This document shows positions 9,801 through 19,004 of a stretch of 64,000 bases of DNA, in pieces. The notes below the pieces were generated by a model. The model was not told the DNA's origin. It saw nothing but the letters and a program-made list of their open reading frames with translations, and did not search any database. The translations under genes were made by a program, and so were the position numbers. Source of the stretch: a virus (Duplodnaviria > Caudoviricetes); the IMG/VR virus record IMGVR_UViG_3300046528_000065, positions 1-64,000 of that record, one strand, 5' to 3'. Within the stretch, counting starts at the first letter, position 1. Each line of letters opens with the position of its first letter.

Positions 9801-10037
9801 TTATTGTGCAACAAACAGGGGTTGTTTCTTAGTGATGTGGGTATTGCTTGCGTTCATCGTCTCGTAATACCAAATATTCCCTTGAGTGTCCTTTGCGACG
9901 AAATTCCAAGGATGTACTTCTACAACGTTCTGCGTCCCAACCTCCTTAACCACAGAGTCACGGCAGCCATTGTGGTCGTAACCGTCGCAAGCTGACAGAA
10001 CCGCTGCAACAGCAATCATGGCAATAATCTTCTTCAT
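9801..10037 (-). CDS. putative lipoprotein
   Basis: MKKIIAMIAVAAVLSAC signal peptide and lipobox. Confidence 0.75.
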   Translation of the reverse strand: MKKIIAMIAVAAVLSACDGYDHNGCRDSVVKEVGTQNVVEVHPWNFVAKDTQGNIWYYETMNASNTHITKKQPLFVAQ

Positions 10038-10081
10038 ATTCCCTCCTAGTTATTTGTTAGCCCCTTTCGAGGCACACAGCA

Positions 10082-10110
10082 ATCTTACGCTTTCGTTTGA
10101 GTGCTGTCAA
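10082..10110 (-). promoter_or_regulatory. sigma70-like promoter
   Basis: TTGACA-N17-TAAGAT on the minus strand at the thyX 3' end. Confidence 0.65.
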
Positions 10111-10831
10111 GCTCAAATGCCTTCACACTCTCAGGAAATTTATCCTTAAGAATGCTAAGCAGTTTGTGCCCGAACTCCTGTGCAGCTCCTTGAGCATGAC
10201 TGTCAACACGCTGCTTCACCACGCGCATGAATGCCATCAAGCTGCCACTCCAAATCCAATGTGTCATGGAATTCAGAGGGAGGACTATGCGGGCCTCTTC
10301 TGGTGCTACACCAGCTTCCAATAAATCATAGTACGTAAATACATTGTGTTCCGTAACCAACTTGATCGTTTGCCTTGACGATACACTCTTGTCATACATA
10401 AGAGTAGTGTGTATTTCCTTACTCGCACCCTGCTTAGCATGCTCAGGAGCCTTGTGCACAACGTCTGGCAGCCATAGGGAGACATCCTCCTTGATATAGC
10501 GCCTGGACTCCTCGTTCCAGCACAGACCGATCTGGTGCTTCACAAGTTGACGTGCAAGGAACACAGGTGCAGCACAGCGTACAGTGAGGAAGCAATGGCC
10601 GTAAGGCGTAAAATGGGTGGATGCCTTGGCACGCTTCTCCCAGTCACCACGTTCATCACTAGGAAGCCCTGTTGCTAAGTACGCCAGCAAGCCAGCTTGT
10701 CGTGCATTGATTTCCAGCGACTCGTCATCCCATTTGTTGAAGCTCACCTTTGCTACGTTGGATACGCGCAGGTCGCTGCCCATGTGGTCGATCAGTTCTA
10801 CACCGATTTCTTCGTACTTAATTTCTCGCAT
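10085..10831 (-). CDS. thyX: FAD-dependent thymidylate synthase
   Basis: HFTPYGH; RQLVKHQ...WNEESRRY ThyX signature; APEEARIVLP. Confidence 0.93.
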   Translation of the reverse strand: MREIKYEEIGVELIDHMGSDLRVSNVAKVSFNKWDDESLEINARQAGLLAYLATGLPSDERGDWEKRAKASTHFTPYGHCFLTVRCAAPVFLARQLVKHQIGLCWNEESRRYIKEDVSLWLPDVVHKAPEHAKQGASKEIHTTLMYDKSVSSRQTIKLVTEHNVFTYYDLLEAGVAPEEARIVLPLNSMTHWIWSGSLMAFMRVVKQRVDSHAQGAAQEFGHKLLSILKDKFPESVKAFELDSTQTKA

Positions 10832-10839
10832 ATCTCTCC

Positions 10840-11133
10840 TTATCTCGTCAACAACTCTGCGACTTCTTCTTCAGGGTATTTCTCAACGCTTAGAGACACT
10901 TTGCCGAAATCACCCTTAGCAACCCTCTCTTTGCTCGCCTTCGCATAGAACTCAAGCGCCCTGTCATGATCCTCCAGCTTAAACCATCCGAGGTTGAGCC
11001 ACTCATCCGACACGACCCACAGCTTCACCTTCGTAGAATTCTTACGTTCGTCCAGCTTACGAATGGCTAGACGGATTAGATTGGACAGGTCTTCCTCGTC
11101 GCACCTGTCGATATATGATTGATGGCTCATCAT
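10840..11133 (-). CDS. hypothetical protein
   Basis: ORF track; packed. Confidence 0.7.
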   Translation of the reverse strand: MMSHQSYIDRCDEEDLSNLIRLAIRKLDERKNSTKVKLWVVSDEWLNLGWFKLEDHDRALEFYAKASKERVAKGDFGKVSLSVEKYPEEEVAELLTR

Positions 11134-11315
11134 TTACCCTTACGCGCGCCAATATACGTCCACATGTCAATCGCAAACACGATCCCTACAATAGCGAACC
11201 CATGCCAAGTGTTAAACGTGACTCCTGCCTGTTCCATCACCCAGCCAAGCAGCCCGTACAGAATTATGCCAATAATCATCAGTCCTCCTCCTTCAAATTT
11301 CCTCAAACTCATCAT
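11130..11315 (-). CDS. small membrane protein (2 TM)
   Basis: Two hydrophobic segments. Confidence 0.65.
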   Translation of the reverse strand: MMSLRKFEGGGLMIIGIILYGLLGWVMEQAGVTFNTWHGFAIVGIVFAIDMWTYIGARKGK

Positions 11316-11511
11316 AAAGAGCCATGTTAGCTTTGCTAGGCTTCTTATCCAAAATGCCCGTCACTTCAAAGGTAGATTCAGGTGGTGCATCCACAGCATC
11401 AATAGCCATGTCTGCAATCTCATCTTGGTGGAGATGACTCTCATGCTCAACCTCCACAAGCACATTTTTGTAAATCGTTACTGCAACTTCAACATAAGAT
11501 TTCATACACAC
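11293..11511 (-). CDS. hypothetical acidic protein
   Basis: ORF track. Confidence 0.65.
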   Translation of the reverse strand: MCMKSYVEVAVTIYKNVLVEVEHESHLHQDEIADMAIDAVDAPPESTFEVTGILDKKPSKANMALYDEFEEI

Positions 11512-11690
11512 CCCCTCACAAGATAATCACCCGTCGCCACCCAATAATACTCGCCACCATCCCCATCCAGCCGAATCTCACCAAGCTCTCGGAGACGATT
11601 GCAAGCAGCGCCAGCGAGCGCTTCGTAGTAGTCTGCACGAGCTTTGTTGTAGTGTGTCATGTCCACACATTTGCTGAAATCTGGTTTCAT
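11502..11690 (-). CDS. hypothetical protein
   Basis: ORF track; ATGA overlap. Confidence 0.65.
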   Translation of the reverse strand: MKPDFSKCVDMTHYNKARADYYEALAGAACNRLRELGEIRLDGDGGEYYWVATGDYLVRGCV

Positions 11691-11872
11691 TCTGTACCCT
11701 TCTTCTGAATAATCACTTCATGTGTCTCGGCACACTCCGTGCAAATAACAGCCCAATCGCCAAGCCTCGACAGGCCATGCTTAGGATACTCGACAAAGCA
11801 ATAATCGAGATTGCTGTCGTAGAATGTCTTGCAGGAGCAAATGTCACAGAGACGATAATCAGCAGCGGCCAT
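11687..11872 (-). CDS. Zn-ribbon small protein
   Basis: CDIC...CTEC. Confidence 0.65.
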   Translation of the reverse strand: MAAADYRLCDICSCKTFYDSNLDYCFVEYPKHGLSRLGDWAVICTECAETHEVIIQKKGTE

Positions 11873-12090
11873 TAGACGGTATCCTCTTCAGGGTATAGTG
11901 AACTATAAGCTGTATCGAAAGCCTCTGATCGACCAAGACACTCGTGCAATGTGTCGCAGTCGAAGTCCTCAAACGCTTCGATCATTCCGCTATAAGCTTC
12001 TTCTAGACCGCCTTCGTAGAATCCATCATGCAGTGCTTCCATGATATCAATCATGCGCTCTGCAAATTCACTCCCTCTACTCCATGCCAT
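11872..12090 (-). CDS. hypothetical acidic protein
   Basis: Start moved to MAWSRGSE; D/E rich. Confidence 0.7.
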   Translation of the reverse strand: MAWSRGSEFAERMIDIMEALHDGFYEGGLEEAYSGMIEAFEDFDCDTLHECLGRSEAFDTAYSSLYPEEDTV

Positions 12091-12353
12091 TAGACACCCT
12101 CCCACTCAGTGATTTCTACCATTTTCTTGACAGGTTTCACGATTCGTACCTCTGGCTCATACCTCTCACCATCGGACCAATAGCCAGAATTGTCACGCAT
12201 GGAAGTCACCTCGAAGAATTGCTCACCAACTTTATATACAGAAGTCTGCGAGACAGTTTTGTGGTACACCTCGTCGGGGCCGCTGTAGACACATTCTGCG
12301 TCGTACACTTCGCTGCCATCCATGTGCTTCTCTTTGAATTCTTGTACGTTCAT
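12090..12353 (-). CDS. hypothetical protein
   Basis: ORF track; GGAGGT RBS. Confidence 0.75.
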   Translation of the reverse strand: MNVQEFKEKHMDGSEVYDAECVYSGPDEVYHKTVSQTSVYKVGEQFFEVTSMRDNSGYWSDGERYEPEVRIVKPVKKMVEITEWEGV

Positions 12354-12354
12354 T

Positions 12355-12567
12355 TCAAATCACCTCCTTGTCATAATAATATTGAGTAAGCTCCACAGCC
12401 TTATATTTATCCTGCTCCTTCCACCTCACCTGTTTCTCTTTAGGCCAATACTTCTGCCCTGCGTGAAAGCTGCTTTGAAGCGAATTGAGAGCCTTCCAGG
12501 AGAGGCGTCCGTTGAATTCGCAGAAGAGTCCCGTGGATAGGTTGAGGATGGCATAAATGCGATTCAC
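12355..12567 (-). CDS. hypothetical protein
   Basis: GTG start overlapping the upstream stop. Confidence 0.6.
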   Translation of the reverse strand: MNRIYAILNLSTGLFCEFNGRLSWKALNSLQSSFHAGQKYWPKEKQVRWKEQDKYKAVELTQYYYDKEVI

Positions 12568-12920
12568 AGTTGTTCCTCGATCAACTCTGAAAGCTGCGTG
12601 AAGGTGTATCCATCGTCGTTAAGCGCTGTAATTTCTCGTGCTGCCTCAGTCCCGTCAATGCGCATATTCGCACCTGTGTTGTCTGGAAGTCCGGCCCACT
12701 CTTGGACGGCAGTTGGAAGCAAGGCATCTTCGCCCATGTAGTATGCCTTAGCACCGTTGTAGCCTCCTTTCCAAGCGATTCCCATGTCCTTAGAGTGCAG
12801 GTCGCACAACACTCCCAAACAACAGTAATGCCCTTCCTCGCTTACGAGTTGCCCTTGTCCCTGCTCATATTCGCCAGAGCGCAGTGCAGCAAGCCAACGT
12901 GCTTTGATTTCTTTGTTCAT
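12564..12920 (-). CDS. conserved phage hypothetical protein
   Basis: WLAALRSGEYEQG...CCLGVLCD...LND..TF pattern, recalled as common in phages. Confidence 0.8.
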   Translation of the reverse strand: MNKEIKARWLAALRSGEYEQGQGQLVSEEGHYCCLGVLCDLHSKDMGIAWKGGYNGAKAYYMGEDALLPTAVQEWAGLPDNTGANMRIDGTEAAREITALNDDGYTFTQLSELIEEQL

Positions 12921-12929
12921 GTTTTCTCC

Positions 12930-13262
12930 TTAGTAAACTCGCACAGTTTTAATCATGTCCGGGGCGTCGTTAGGGAAGAACTTATCCCAATTATTCATAC
13001 CATCGTCAAATGATTTGCGGAAGCTCTCAGGATCGGCACACGACAGTTCATAGCCTACGAAATAGTAATTTCCACTGTAGCAATTGAGGCAAACGACTCC
13101 TACCTTGTTCTGCCCATATCCCCATTCCTCAATTCCGTCCTCATCGATGGCGTCACGATCCTCGTCATCAAGAACATTATGCTGCTCAAGGAACGACAGC
13201 ACTTCGTATTTGTCTTCAAATTCCTTGCCAATTCCCACCACTGCTCGATAGTCTACACCCAT
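12930..13262 (-). CDS. hypothetical acidic protein
   Basis: ORF track; GGAGG RBS. Confidence 0.75.
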   Translation of the reverse strand: MGVDYRAVVGIGKEFEDKYEVLSFLEQHNVLDDEDRDAIDEDGIEEWGYGQNKVGVVCLNCYSGNYYFVGYELSCADPESFRKSFDDGMNNWDKFFPNDAPDMIKTVRVY

Positions 13263-13280
13263 AATTCCTCCCTATTCAAA

Positions 13281-13562
13281 TTAGTACAAAACCACACGAG
13301 CGTGCCGCTCATCCAGCGCCTTCACAGCTTCCGTCAAATAATACTCCCGCTCGTCATCGTAGAACACGCCATCACCTTTAGGGCTGCCCTCGTACACACG
13401 CTCAGCACCGCCAACAGTGTACTCAGCGTAGAAGAAGCCATGTCGCAATCGCAGGTAGCCGATTGGAGTGTCCTGGGCATCCACCACTTCGTACGCTTCA
13501 GGGCACCCACCACAACTCTGCACCACTTTGTATCCTAGAATTTCTTGTTCTTCACCGTACAT
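13281..13562 (-). CDS. conserved phage hypothetical protein
   Basis: CPEAYEV...GYLRLRHG; GGAGG RBS. Confidence 0.75.
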   Translation of the reverse strand: MYGEEQEILGYKVVQSCGGCPEAYEVVDAQDTPIGYLRLRHGFFYAEYTVGGAERVYEGSPKGDGVFYDDEREYYLTEAVKALDERHARVVLY

Positions 13563-13574
13563 GATTGCTCCTCC

Positions 13575-13997
13575 TTATTTGTGGCTACAAAAATAGACCG
13601 TCTTGCCAATCTTACCGACTCTTTTCATCTTCCTCGTCCACGCTGGCGGCTTGATACTCTCACTGTAGAAATGGTCAGCGCACCTAGGAAGCACAGGACG
13701 AAGCTTACGTGAAGACTTGAACCTCGTCAACTCTTTTCGATCAACTTTCATCTTAACATTCTTGTGCCACCAAGAAAACTGGTTAGGCTCGGACACGACC
13801 GCCTTGCAAGATTTGTTATTCTTGCGCATCCTGTGCTCAACAACTTCGACAACAGCCCTCGTATCTCGCAGAGTTGCCATCGACACTTCACGTTTTGCAG
13901 TGTAGGCCAAGCACATGTCATTCATGTCCCTCGCCCTAGCTTCCTGTCCAGCGTTGCTCAATAGGAGGAGGCTGAGGAAGAGGGCTGTGCTGGTCAA
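13575..13997 (-). CDS. SleB-like cell wall hydrolase (Hydrolase_2) with signal peptide
   Basis: CLA-x5-E; VVEHRM; VVSEPNQFSW; ADHFY...PAWT...KIG. Confidence 0.75.
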   Translation of the reverse strand: MTSTALFLSLLLLSNAGQEARARDMNDMCLAYTAKREVSMATLRDTRAVVEVVEHRMRKNNKSCKAVVSEPNQFSWWHKNVKMKVDRKELTRFKSSRKLRPVLPRCADHFYSESIKPPAWTRKMKRVGKIGKTVYFCSHK

Positions 13998-14188
13998 GTG
14001 CTACCTTCTTGTGGCTTAGCCAACTCCCCAATCTTCACAGCACACTCTAAACAAAAGTGAATGTGCTGCCCCGTATTTCTGAAAGAGTACGTAGAAATCA
14101 TATGCTCTCCCCTGGCGATAACATTATCACACCCTCGGCAGAACGCTGCACGTTGCGCTTCTCGGCGCTTGATGTCGTAAGCACTCAT
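13994..14188 (-). CDS. Zn-finger small protein
   Basis: CRGC...HFCLEC. Confidence 0.65.
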   Translation of the reverse strand: MSAYDIKRREAQRAAFCRGCDNVIARGEHMISTYSFRNTGQHIHFCLECAVKIGELAKPQEGST

Positions 14189-14430
14189 TACTTACCCTCC
14201 AAAATGTTCATCCTACACATCACAAATGGCACATGCCCGCCGAGATGGATGTGTGGCCCAAAAATCTGCATGACGCTCCAGAGTTGCTCTTTAAGCACGT
14301 CTCCCTCCTTAAGGTTCTTCTCCACAAATCCAGGCCAGCGGTAGGAGATGTCATTCCAGTAGGTGTTGTAGGTGTCTGCGCCAGCTTGCGTGAGTACCAC
14401 TTCCACGTAGTCGTTGATGTTGATTTCCAT
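14188..14430 (-). CDS. conserved phage hypothetical protein
   Basis: ININDYVEVVLT...QLWSVMQIFG. Confidence 0.75.
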   Translation of the reverse strand: MEININDYVEVVLTQAGADTYNTYWNDISYRWPGFVEKNLKEGDVLKEQLWSVMQIFGPHIHLGGHVPFVMCRMNILEGK

Positions 14431-14594
14431 TATGATTCCTCCGCTCCCAATAGTTGAAGCGCAGGGAGCAGTTGCTCGTATGCGTCAAGTCCTGCCCTGT
14501 GTGCTGCAAAGTTATCCCAGATATACCAATCATCCTCCGCGTCCTGCCTGATTTTCTTCGCAGCCTCTACAACGAGGCGTTCAAATTCAGTCAT
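14430..14594 (-). CDS. hypothetical protein (54 aa)
   Basis: Hand translation MTEFERLVVEAAKKIRQDAEDDWYIW...; fills the gap with overlaps at both ends. Confidence 0.6.
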   Translation of the reverse strand: MTEFERLVVEAAKKIRQDAEDDWYIWDNFAAHRAGLDAYEQLLPALQLLGAEES

Positions 14595-14878
14595 ACGCCC
14601 TCCTCCGCATTGACACTCACTGGCGACAGCACCTTATCCATAAAACTAGTAAACTCGGAAGTAGGCGGAATCCATTTCGGGATCAACTCCTCATGCCGTG
14701 CTGCGTATTGCTCATCACCCTGGCCCTGCACAAAAACATGGTAGCACTCCAGCCCGCTCGGGAAGCTCTGTGTTGGCCTCATAGCAAGCCCTTCGGTAAT
14801 GACACATTCGGCTCCGACGAAGCGTGTTGATGGGGCAGTTTGCCGGATAGTGCAGATCGTACCTACGCTATATTCCAT
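14591..14878 (-). CDS. hypothetical protein
   Basis: Start moved to MEYSVG after AAGGAGG. Confidence 0.7.
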   Translation of the reverse strand: MEYSVGTICTIRQTAPSTRFVGAECVITEGLAMRPTQSFPSGLECYHVFVQGQGDEQYAARHEELIPKWIPPTSEFTSFMDKVLSPVSVNAEEGV

Positions 14879-14903
14879 GATTTCCTCCTTCAGTGAAAAC
14901 GTC

Positions 14904-15006
14904 ATCTTACGCCATAACAAGAATCTTGGCAACTACTTTCTACCATAGGAAATCGTAAGAATGTTGCGAAGAAGGGCTTGCGCCAGCACAAGTTGTGTGC
15001 CACAAT
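14904..15006. promoter_or_regulatory. divergent sigma70-like promoter pair
   Basis: Minus: TTGCCA-N17-TAAGAT (14932-14904). Plus: TTGCGC-N17-CACAAT (14978-15006). Confidence 0.6.
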
Positions 15007-15034
15007 AACGGTTCCAACAACTAGGAGGATATGT

Positions 15035-15487
15035 ATGACTAAGAAAGTTAAATGTGTTGACAATCATGACGGTGAGAACTGCCTGACGATCAATCGTATT
15101 TATGAAGTGCTCGGCGAGTCGAACGGGTGGTACAGTATTCTCAATGACGAGAAGGAGGTGTCTAACTACCGTACCGACGAGTTTGTCCACGTTGATTCTT
15201 CGGAGGCAGTCGCAGAGGAAACTGTGCCTACTGCCGCTATTGATGCCCACTACAGTTTCAACTACTCCCTGACACAAGACGATGTGGACGCAGGGTATAT
15301 CAAAGTGGACCCCTACTTCGTAGCGAAACAATGGGCACTTGGCAGCAAAGATGATACAGGCGTGCTATTCCATTGCCTGAAGAACATCTCCCGCTACTCG
15401 GACAAGAACACTAAGCAGCGTGAAATAACTGCCCTGCATTTGCAGATTAAGCGACTGGCAGAACTGGAAGGAGTGGTGTTGCCGTGA
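15035..15487 (+). CDS. hypothetical protein
   Basis: AGGAGG RBS before MTKKVKCVD; SH3-like N-terminal part. Confidence 0.75.
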   Translation: MTKKVKCVDNHDGENCLTINRIYEVLGESNGWYSILNDEKEVSNYRTDEFVHVDSSEAVAEETVPTAAIDAHYSFNYSLTQDDVDAGYIKVDPYFVAKQWALGSKDDTGVLFHCLKNISRYSDKNTKQREITALHLQIKRLAELEGVVLP

Positions 15488-16371
15488 ATCAATCCTCGCT
15501 ATACTGGGCGCTTTTGCCCTTGCGATGTACGCGGTTGCACTGCTAATTATTATTGTGCACGCTTCTTGATTTTAGAATGAGGGTGTGAGCAAGGCGCTGG
15601 CGATTTTCTGCCAATACTGCTAATAGAGGCTGCTAGGCTTACGCTTGGCGGCCTTTGTTCATTTTGGAATTGTAGAAGTTTTTCTGAGAGTAACTTCGTC
15701 GACGAGCCATTGCTCCAGATGCCTTGTGACCAACGTGGGGGTAGTCGCCGCGCTCCCTTCAATTTCCCTCCTAGCCCTTTTCAGCCCTCGCAGCTTGCAG
15801 AAATAGCATTCTTGTGAGTGTGCCCTTGTACATCCCTCTCCCGCTCAGAGGGCAAGCCGCTCCCCTGGCCCCTTTGCAGGCCATTCTTTCAGGCGTAGCT
15901 CTCCCCTACCCCTCTCTAGGGGCTTTCTCTATGTGATCACCACTACTATGCGCCTACTTCGCTCCGCACAATGCGTGCTGGCGTACATAGCAAACTATTT
16001 GTCAGGCTTATTTATAAGCTGCCTCTCAAGGCCTATGTAATCATTATTGTCCGTGGTTGGGAAACTACAAGGATGATTTTTCTACTGTGTTTAGGTGTAT
16101 ATGTTGGATGTAGCACAGAGTGTGGATAGATGGGCTTGTTAAGATGTGTTCATTGGCTGCAAGGCTGTTATGCGTGTAGTAGATGTTGAACACCCTACGC
16201 TCATGCTGGCGGTATGTACAGAAGTTTGTGCTGTGTAGGCAAACTCTTACATCTGTGTCGGATAAGATGCCGCGATTGTGGATTGTTGAGACAGTTAAGT
16301 GACAAATTGTTTCTGGAGAGCATTAACTACATGATGTTCCGCAAAAAAGATAGTGGTCAGCAAAAATTTAG

Positions 16372-16400
16372 TTGACTCTGTAGTTTAGAAGCCTTATGAT
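16372..16400 (+). promoter_or_regulatory. sigma70-like promoter
   Basis: TTGACT-N17-TATGAT. Confidence 0.7.
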
Positions 16401-16504
16401 TCATTCATCGACAGCGCAACAGACCTAGCAGAGCAAACAAGCAAGGCTGTCGTAGCTGAACTACTAATTGAACTTTTTGAATACAACTTACTAAGGAAAT
16501 TACC

Positions 16505-17314
16505 ATGCTGAAGCAATATGTCGTTAGATTAGCGCCGATCACCCACTTGCCCATCATCGTGGACGCAAATTCCCTGGATGCGGGCCGTTTGAAAGCTGTG
16601 ATCGCTGATAAGCCTCAAGAAATTGGCATTGACTACTTCCGAGCTAGTGAGCCTGTCGATCTGGAATACGCCCACAAGATCGTGCAGGAATACGCAAAGC
16701 GTGCGAAGATTGGCGAGACGGAGTTTTCTGTGCGGGCACGCCTCCCAAAATCCTTCACTAAGCGCAAGGCCAACGATTCTAACTTAGTTCTTGCTAAATC
16801 GGATGAGAAGCTTGCACAAGCGAAGCCCGGTGATGCCCCGAAAGAGCAGAGCCTGGAAGAAAAAGTTAAAGAATTTCACGAGTCTGAGTTGCGTATCGCT
16901 CGTGAGAAGAAGGCCGCCAAGGAAGGCAAGAAGCAAGAAGATGTAGACGCTGCGCTCAAGCCCCTAGAAGAACTCGCAGCAGAGCACGGTAAGAAAACTG
17001 CTTCAAAGAGCGAAGCCATCCCTACTACCACGGGAGCCTCTTCTGCCAATCCTGAAGGCGCTGTTGTGAAGCGTGACGAGGTTGAGAAGAAGCGCACCAA
17101 GCGTGCTTACACAAAATCTTCCGAGAAGGAGCGGAGTGCCAAATCCAAAGCTGCATACGACAGGTACGTTAAAGAGTTGGCTGCTGCTGCGGTCCAATCA
17201 CCAACGATCATGGAGCCGGTTGCCCACACTGCGACGCCTCAACAGTATGATGCTGCGGTCCTTGAATTAGCAAGTGCTCTGGCAAAGATTCTGAAGGGTG
17301 GTGGAATTCTCTGA
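16505..17314 (+). CDS. hypothetical K/A/E-rich early protein
   Basis: 269-aa ORF with AAGGA RBS; first gene of the plus-strand block. Confidence 0.8.
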   Translation: MLKQYVVRLAPITHLPIIVDANSLDAGRLKAVIADKPQEIGIDYFRASEPVDLEYAHKIVQEYAKRAKIGETEFSVRARLPKSFTKRKANDSNLVLAKSDEKLAQAKPGDAPKEQSLEEKVKEFHESELRIAREKKAAKEGKKQEDVDAALKPLEELAAEHGKKTASKSEAIPTTTGASSANPEGAVVKRDEVEKKRTKRAYTKSSEKERSAKSKAAYDRYVKELAAAAVQSPTIMEPVAHTATPQQYDAAVLELASALAKILKGGGIL

Positions 17315-18422
17315 TATCTGCTGCGGCAGCCCCTACAGGCGTGGGGGCTGAATTAACTGAGTGGTCCCTCACTAACTCGAAACCTCGTGCACATCTGGCG
17401 TTTCGGCCTATTAATTTGCCAACTACATCAGGACTAATCCCCCATTTGTCGCGCAACTCGACCGATGATCCAGTGTAGAGTGTGCCGTCATCTATTTTTC
17501 GGATAGTCACCACGAATCCCTTCTGCCTGCGTATCAATCCTGGGTCATCGGCGGGTGTAGAATCCATGCAGAACCCTTTATAGGTCTTACAGCTCCCTTT
17601 TATAAGTCCCTCTATCGAAGATATGCTAAGGTTGTATTCTTCCTTCAGTTGCTTTGTCGTGCGCTCTAGAACCTCGCCTGTCTCAATAATTCTAAACTTG
17701 TGTCTCCGGATATTCGGCCTAGGCTTGCACGTAAAATCTGTAGTGGCGTTCAGACAAAAACCACTGGTCGTCCTTACTTTACCCCGCACTAACGCGCCAA
17801 CCCTGCCTGATGTGGTTCCCAAGTGTGCCACCAACTCACTCTTTGTAAAATTGAAAACCTCCCCTGTGGATAGGCATCTAAACTCATACTTCGTCTTGTC
17901 CCTCGACATGTACGGCTGGTCTTTATATGCCCTTGCGTGATTTGTTAAATCCGTCTCGGCTAGGGCGATACCTTTAGAAATCTGGCATATCCTCCTGACT
18001 AAGTTACTGGAGTCTGCAAGAGTAAGGCCATGCCGTGCACGGAGTTCCTTCTGCGTACAATCGAATGTCTCACCAGTTTCCACAACTACAAACTTATGGA
18101 TAACTGTGGAAGTGGTGAACTTTCTTATTTCCTTCGACCACTGCTCCCTCACTAGTGAGAACATCCTACTATTGAGCTTGCGGCCTGAACTAGTCATGGT
18201 CATTGCCTGCGCGGCGAACCACAACTCACCACCGTAAACTTGTGCCAAAAGGAGGTGGGCGAGGAAATGTTCTCTGGCCGTCAAATAGATCAGGTTTGAT
18301 TTCTCGTTACTGCCGCCCATGCATTTTGCAAGAATGTGATGTTCTTCGTAGTACACTCCCTCCAGCTTCGGCCTCATCTTGCGCGATTCTATCAAGTCAT
18401 CATAGATTTTCTTGTAGTCCAT
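17208..18422 (-). CDS. HNH homing endonuclease (MobE-like) with repeated DNA-binding modules
   Basis: EEHHILAKCMGGSNEKSNLIYLTAREHFLAH, then four repeats of F-x(3-4)-TGE-x-F...L... Confidence 0.85.
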   Translation of the reverse strand: MDYKKIYDDLIESRKMRPKLEGVYYEEHHILAKCMGGSNEKSNLIYLTAREHFLAHLLLAQVYGGELWFAAQAMTMTSSGRKLNSRMFSLVREQWSKEIRKFTTSTVIHKFVVVETGETFDCTQKELRARHGLTLADSSNLVRRICQISKGIALAETDLTNHARAYKDQPYMSRDKTKYEFRCLSTGEVFNFTKSELVAHLGTTSGRVGALVRGKVRTTSGFCLNATTDFTCKPRPNIRRHKFRIIETGEVLERTTKQLKEEYNLSISSIEGLIKGSCKTYKGFCMDSTPADDPGLIRRQKGFVVTIRKIDDGTLYTGSSVELRDKWGISPDVVGKLIGRNARCARGFELVRDHSVNSAPTPVGAAAADIREFHHPSESLPEHLLIQGPQHHTVEASQCGQPAP

Positions 18423-18640
18423 CAGGCGCGACCCTCCGCGCCGTACAACACATCATAGTCCGCAGTGATCTTCAAGACCTTTGCTAAATGTCGCGCCTGT
18501 ATCAGCTTGGCGAGCATTGCTTCGTCGCCCTTTGTCGTGTAGTATGTAATCAGCTTAGTGAAAGCTTGGTTCTGTACAGTGTTCAGATGGTTGGCGCAGG
18601 CGACGAGCGAAGCCGCCCGATAATCGAATGATCGACTCAT
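18422..18640 (-). CDS. hypothetical protein
   Basis: ORF with its own promoter; TGATG-coupled to the HNH gene. Confidence 0.6.
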   Translation of the reverse strand: MSRSFDYRAASLVACANHLNTVQNQAFTKLITYYTTKGDEAMLAKLIQARHLAKVLKITADYDVLYGAEGRA

Positions 18641-18715
18641 GGAAGTCCTTTCAGGTTGTGTGGGATTGTTGTGCTACAGACGTACTAGAGTAGAATTGCT
18701 CTACTCCACTTAGTT

Positions 18716-18794
18716 ATTATACAGCAACTCTTTCCAAAGTCAAATAAGAATCTTGTAGAAAGTTCTTGCGTAAGCGCCATAACACTGTTACGAT
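18716..18794. promoter_or_regulatory. divergent sigma70-like promoter pair
   Basis: Minus: TTGACT-N16-TATAAT. Plus: TTGCGT-N17-TACGAT (18766-18794). Confidence 0.65.
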
Positions 18795-18823
18795 GTGCTC
18801 AATGAAACAGGAACGGAACATAG

Positions 18824-19003
18824 ATGCAAATATTCGTACTACTAGAACTGCAAACCTACGAAGCTACGCCCCTCATCATGCCGCGCCAAGCGTTCATCTC
18901 AGCCGAGGTAGCGCAGCATTTCAAGAGCGCCTACGAGAACTCTGCAACACTTGGTGAGCAATATTGGATTGTTGAACTAACGTTAGAAGACAAGGAGATT
19001 TGA
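18824..19003 (+). CDS. hypothetical protein (59 aa)
   Basis: Hand translation MQIFVLLELQTYEATPLIMPRQAF... Confidence 0.6.
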   Translation: MQIFVLLELQTYEATPLIMPRQAFISAEVAQHFKSAYENSATLGEQYWIVELTLEDKEI

Positions 19004-19004
19004 G

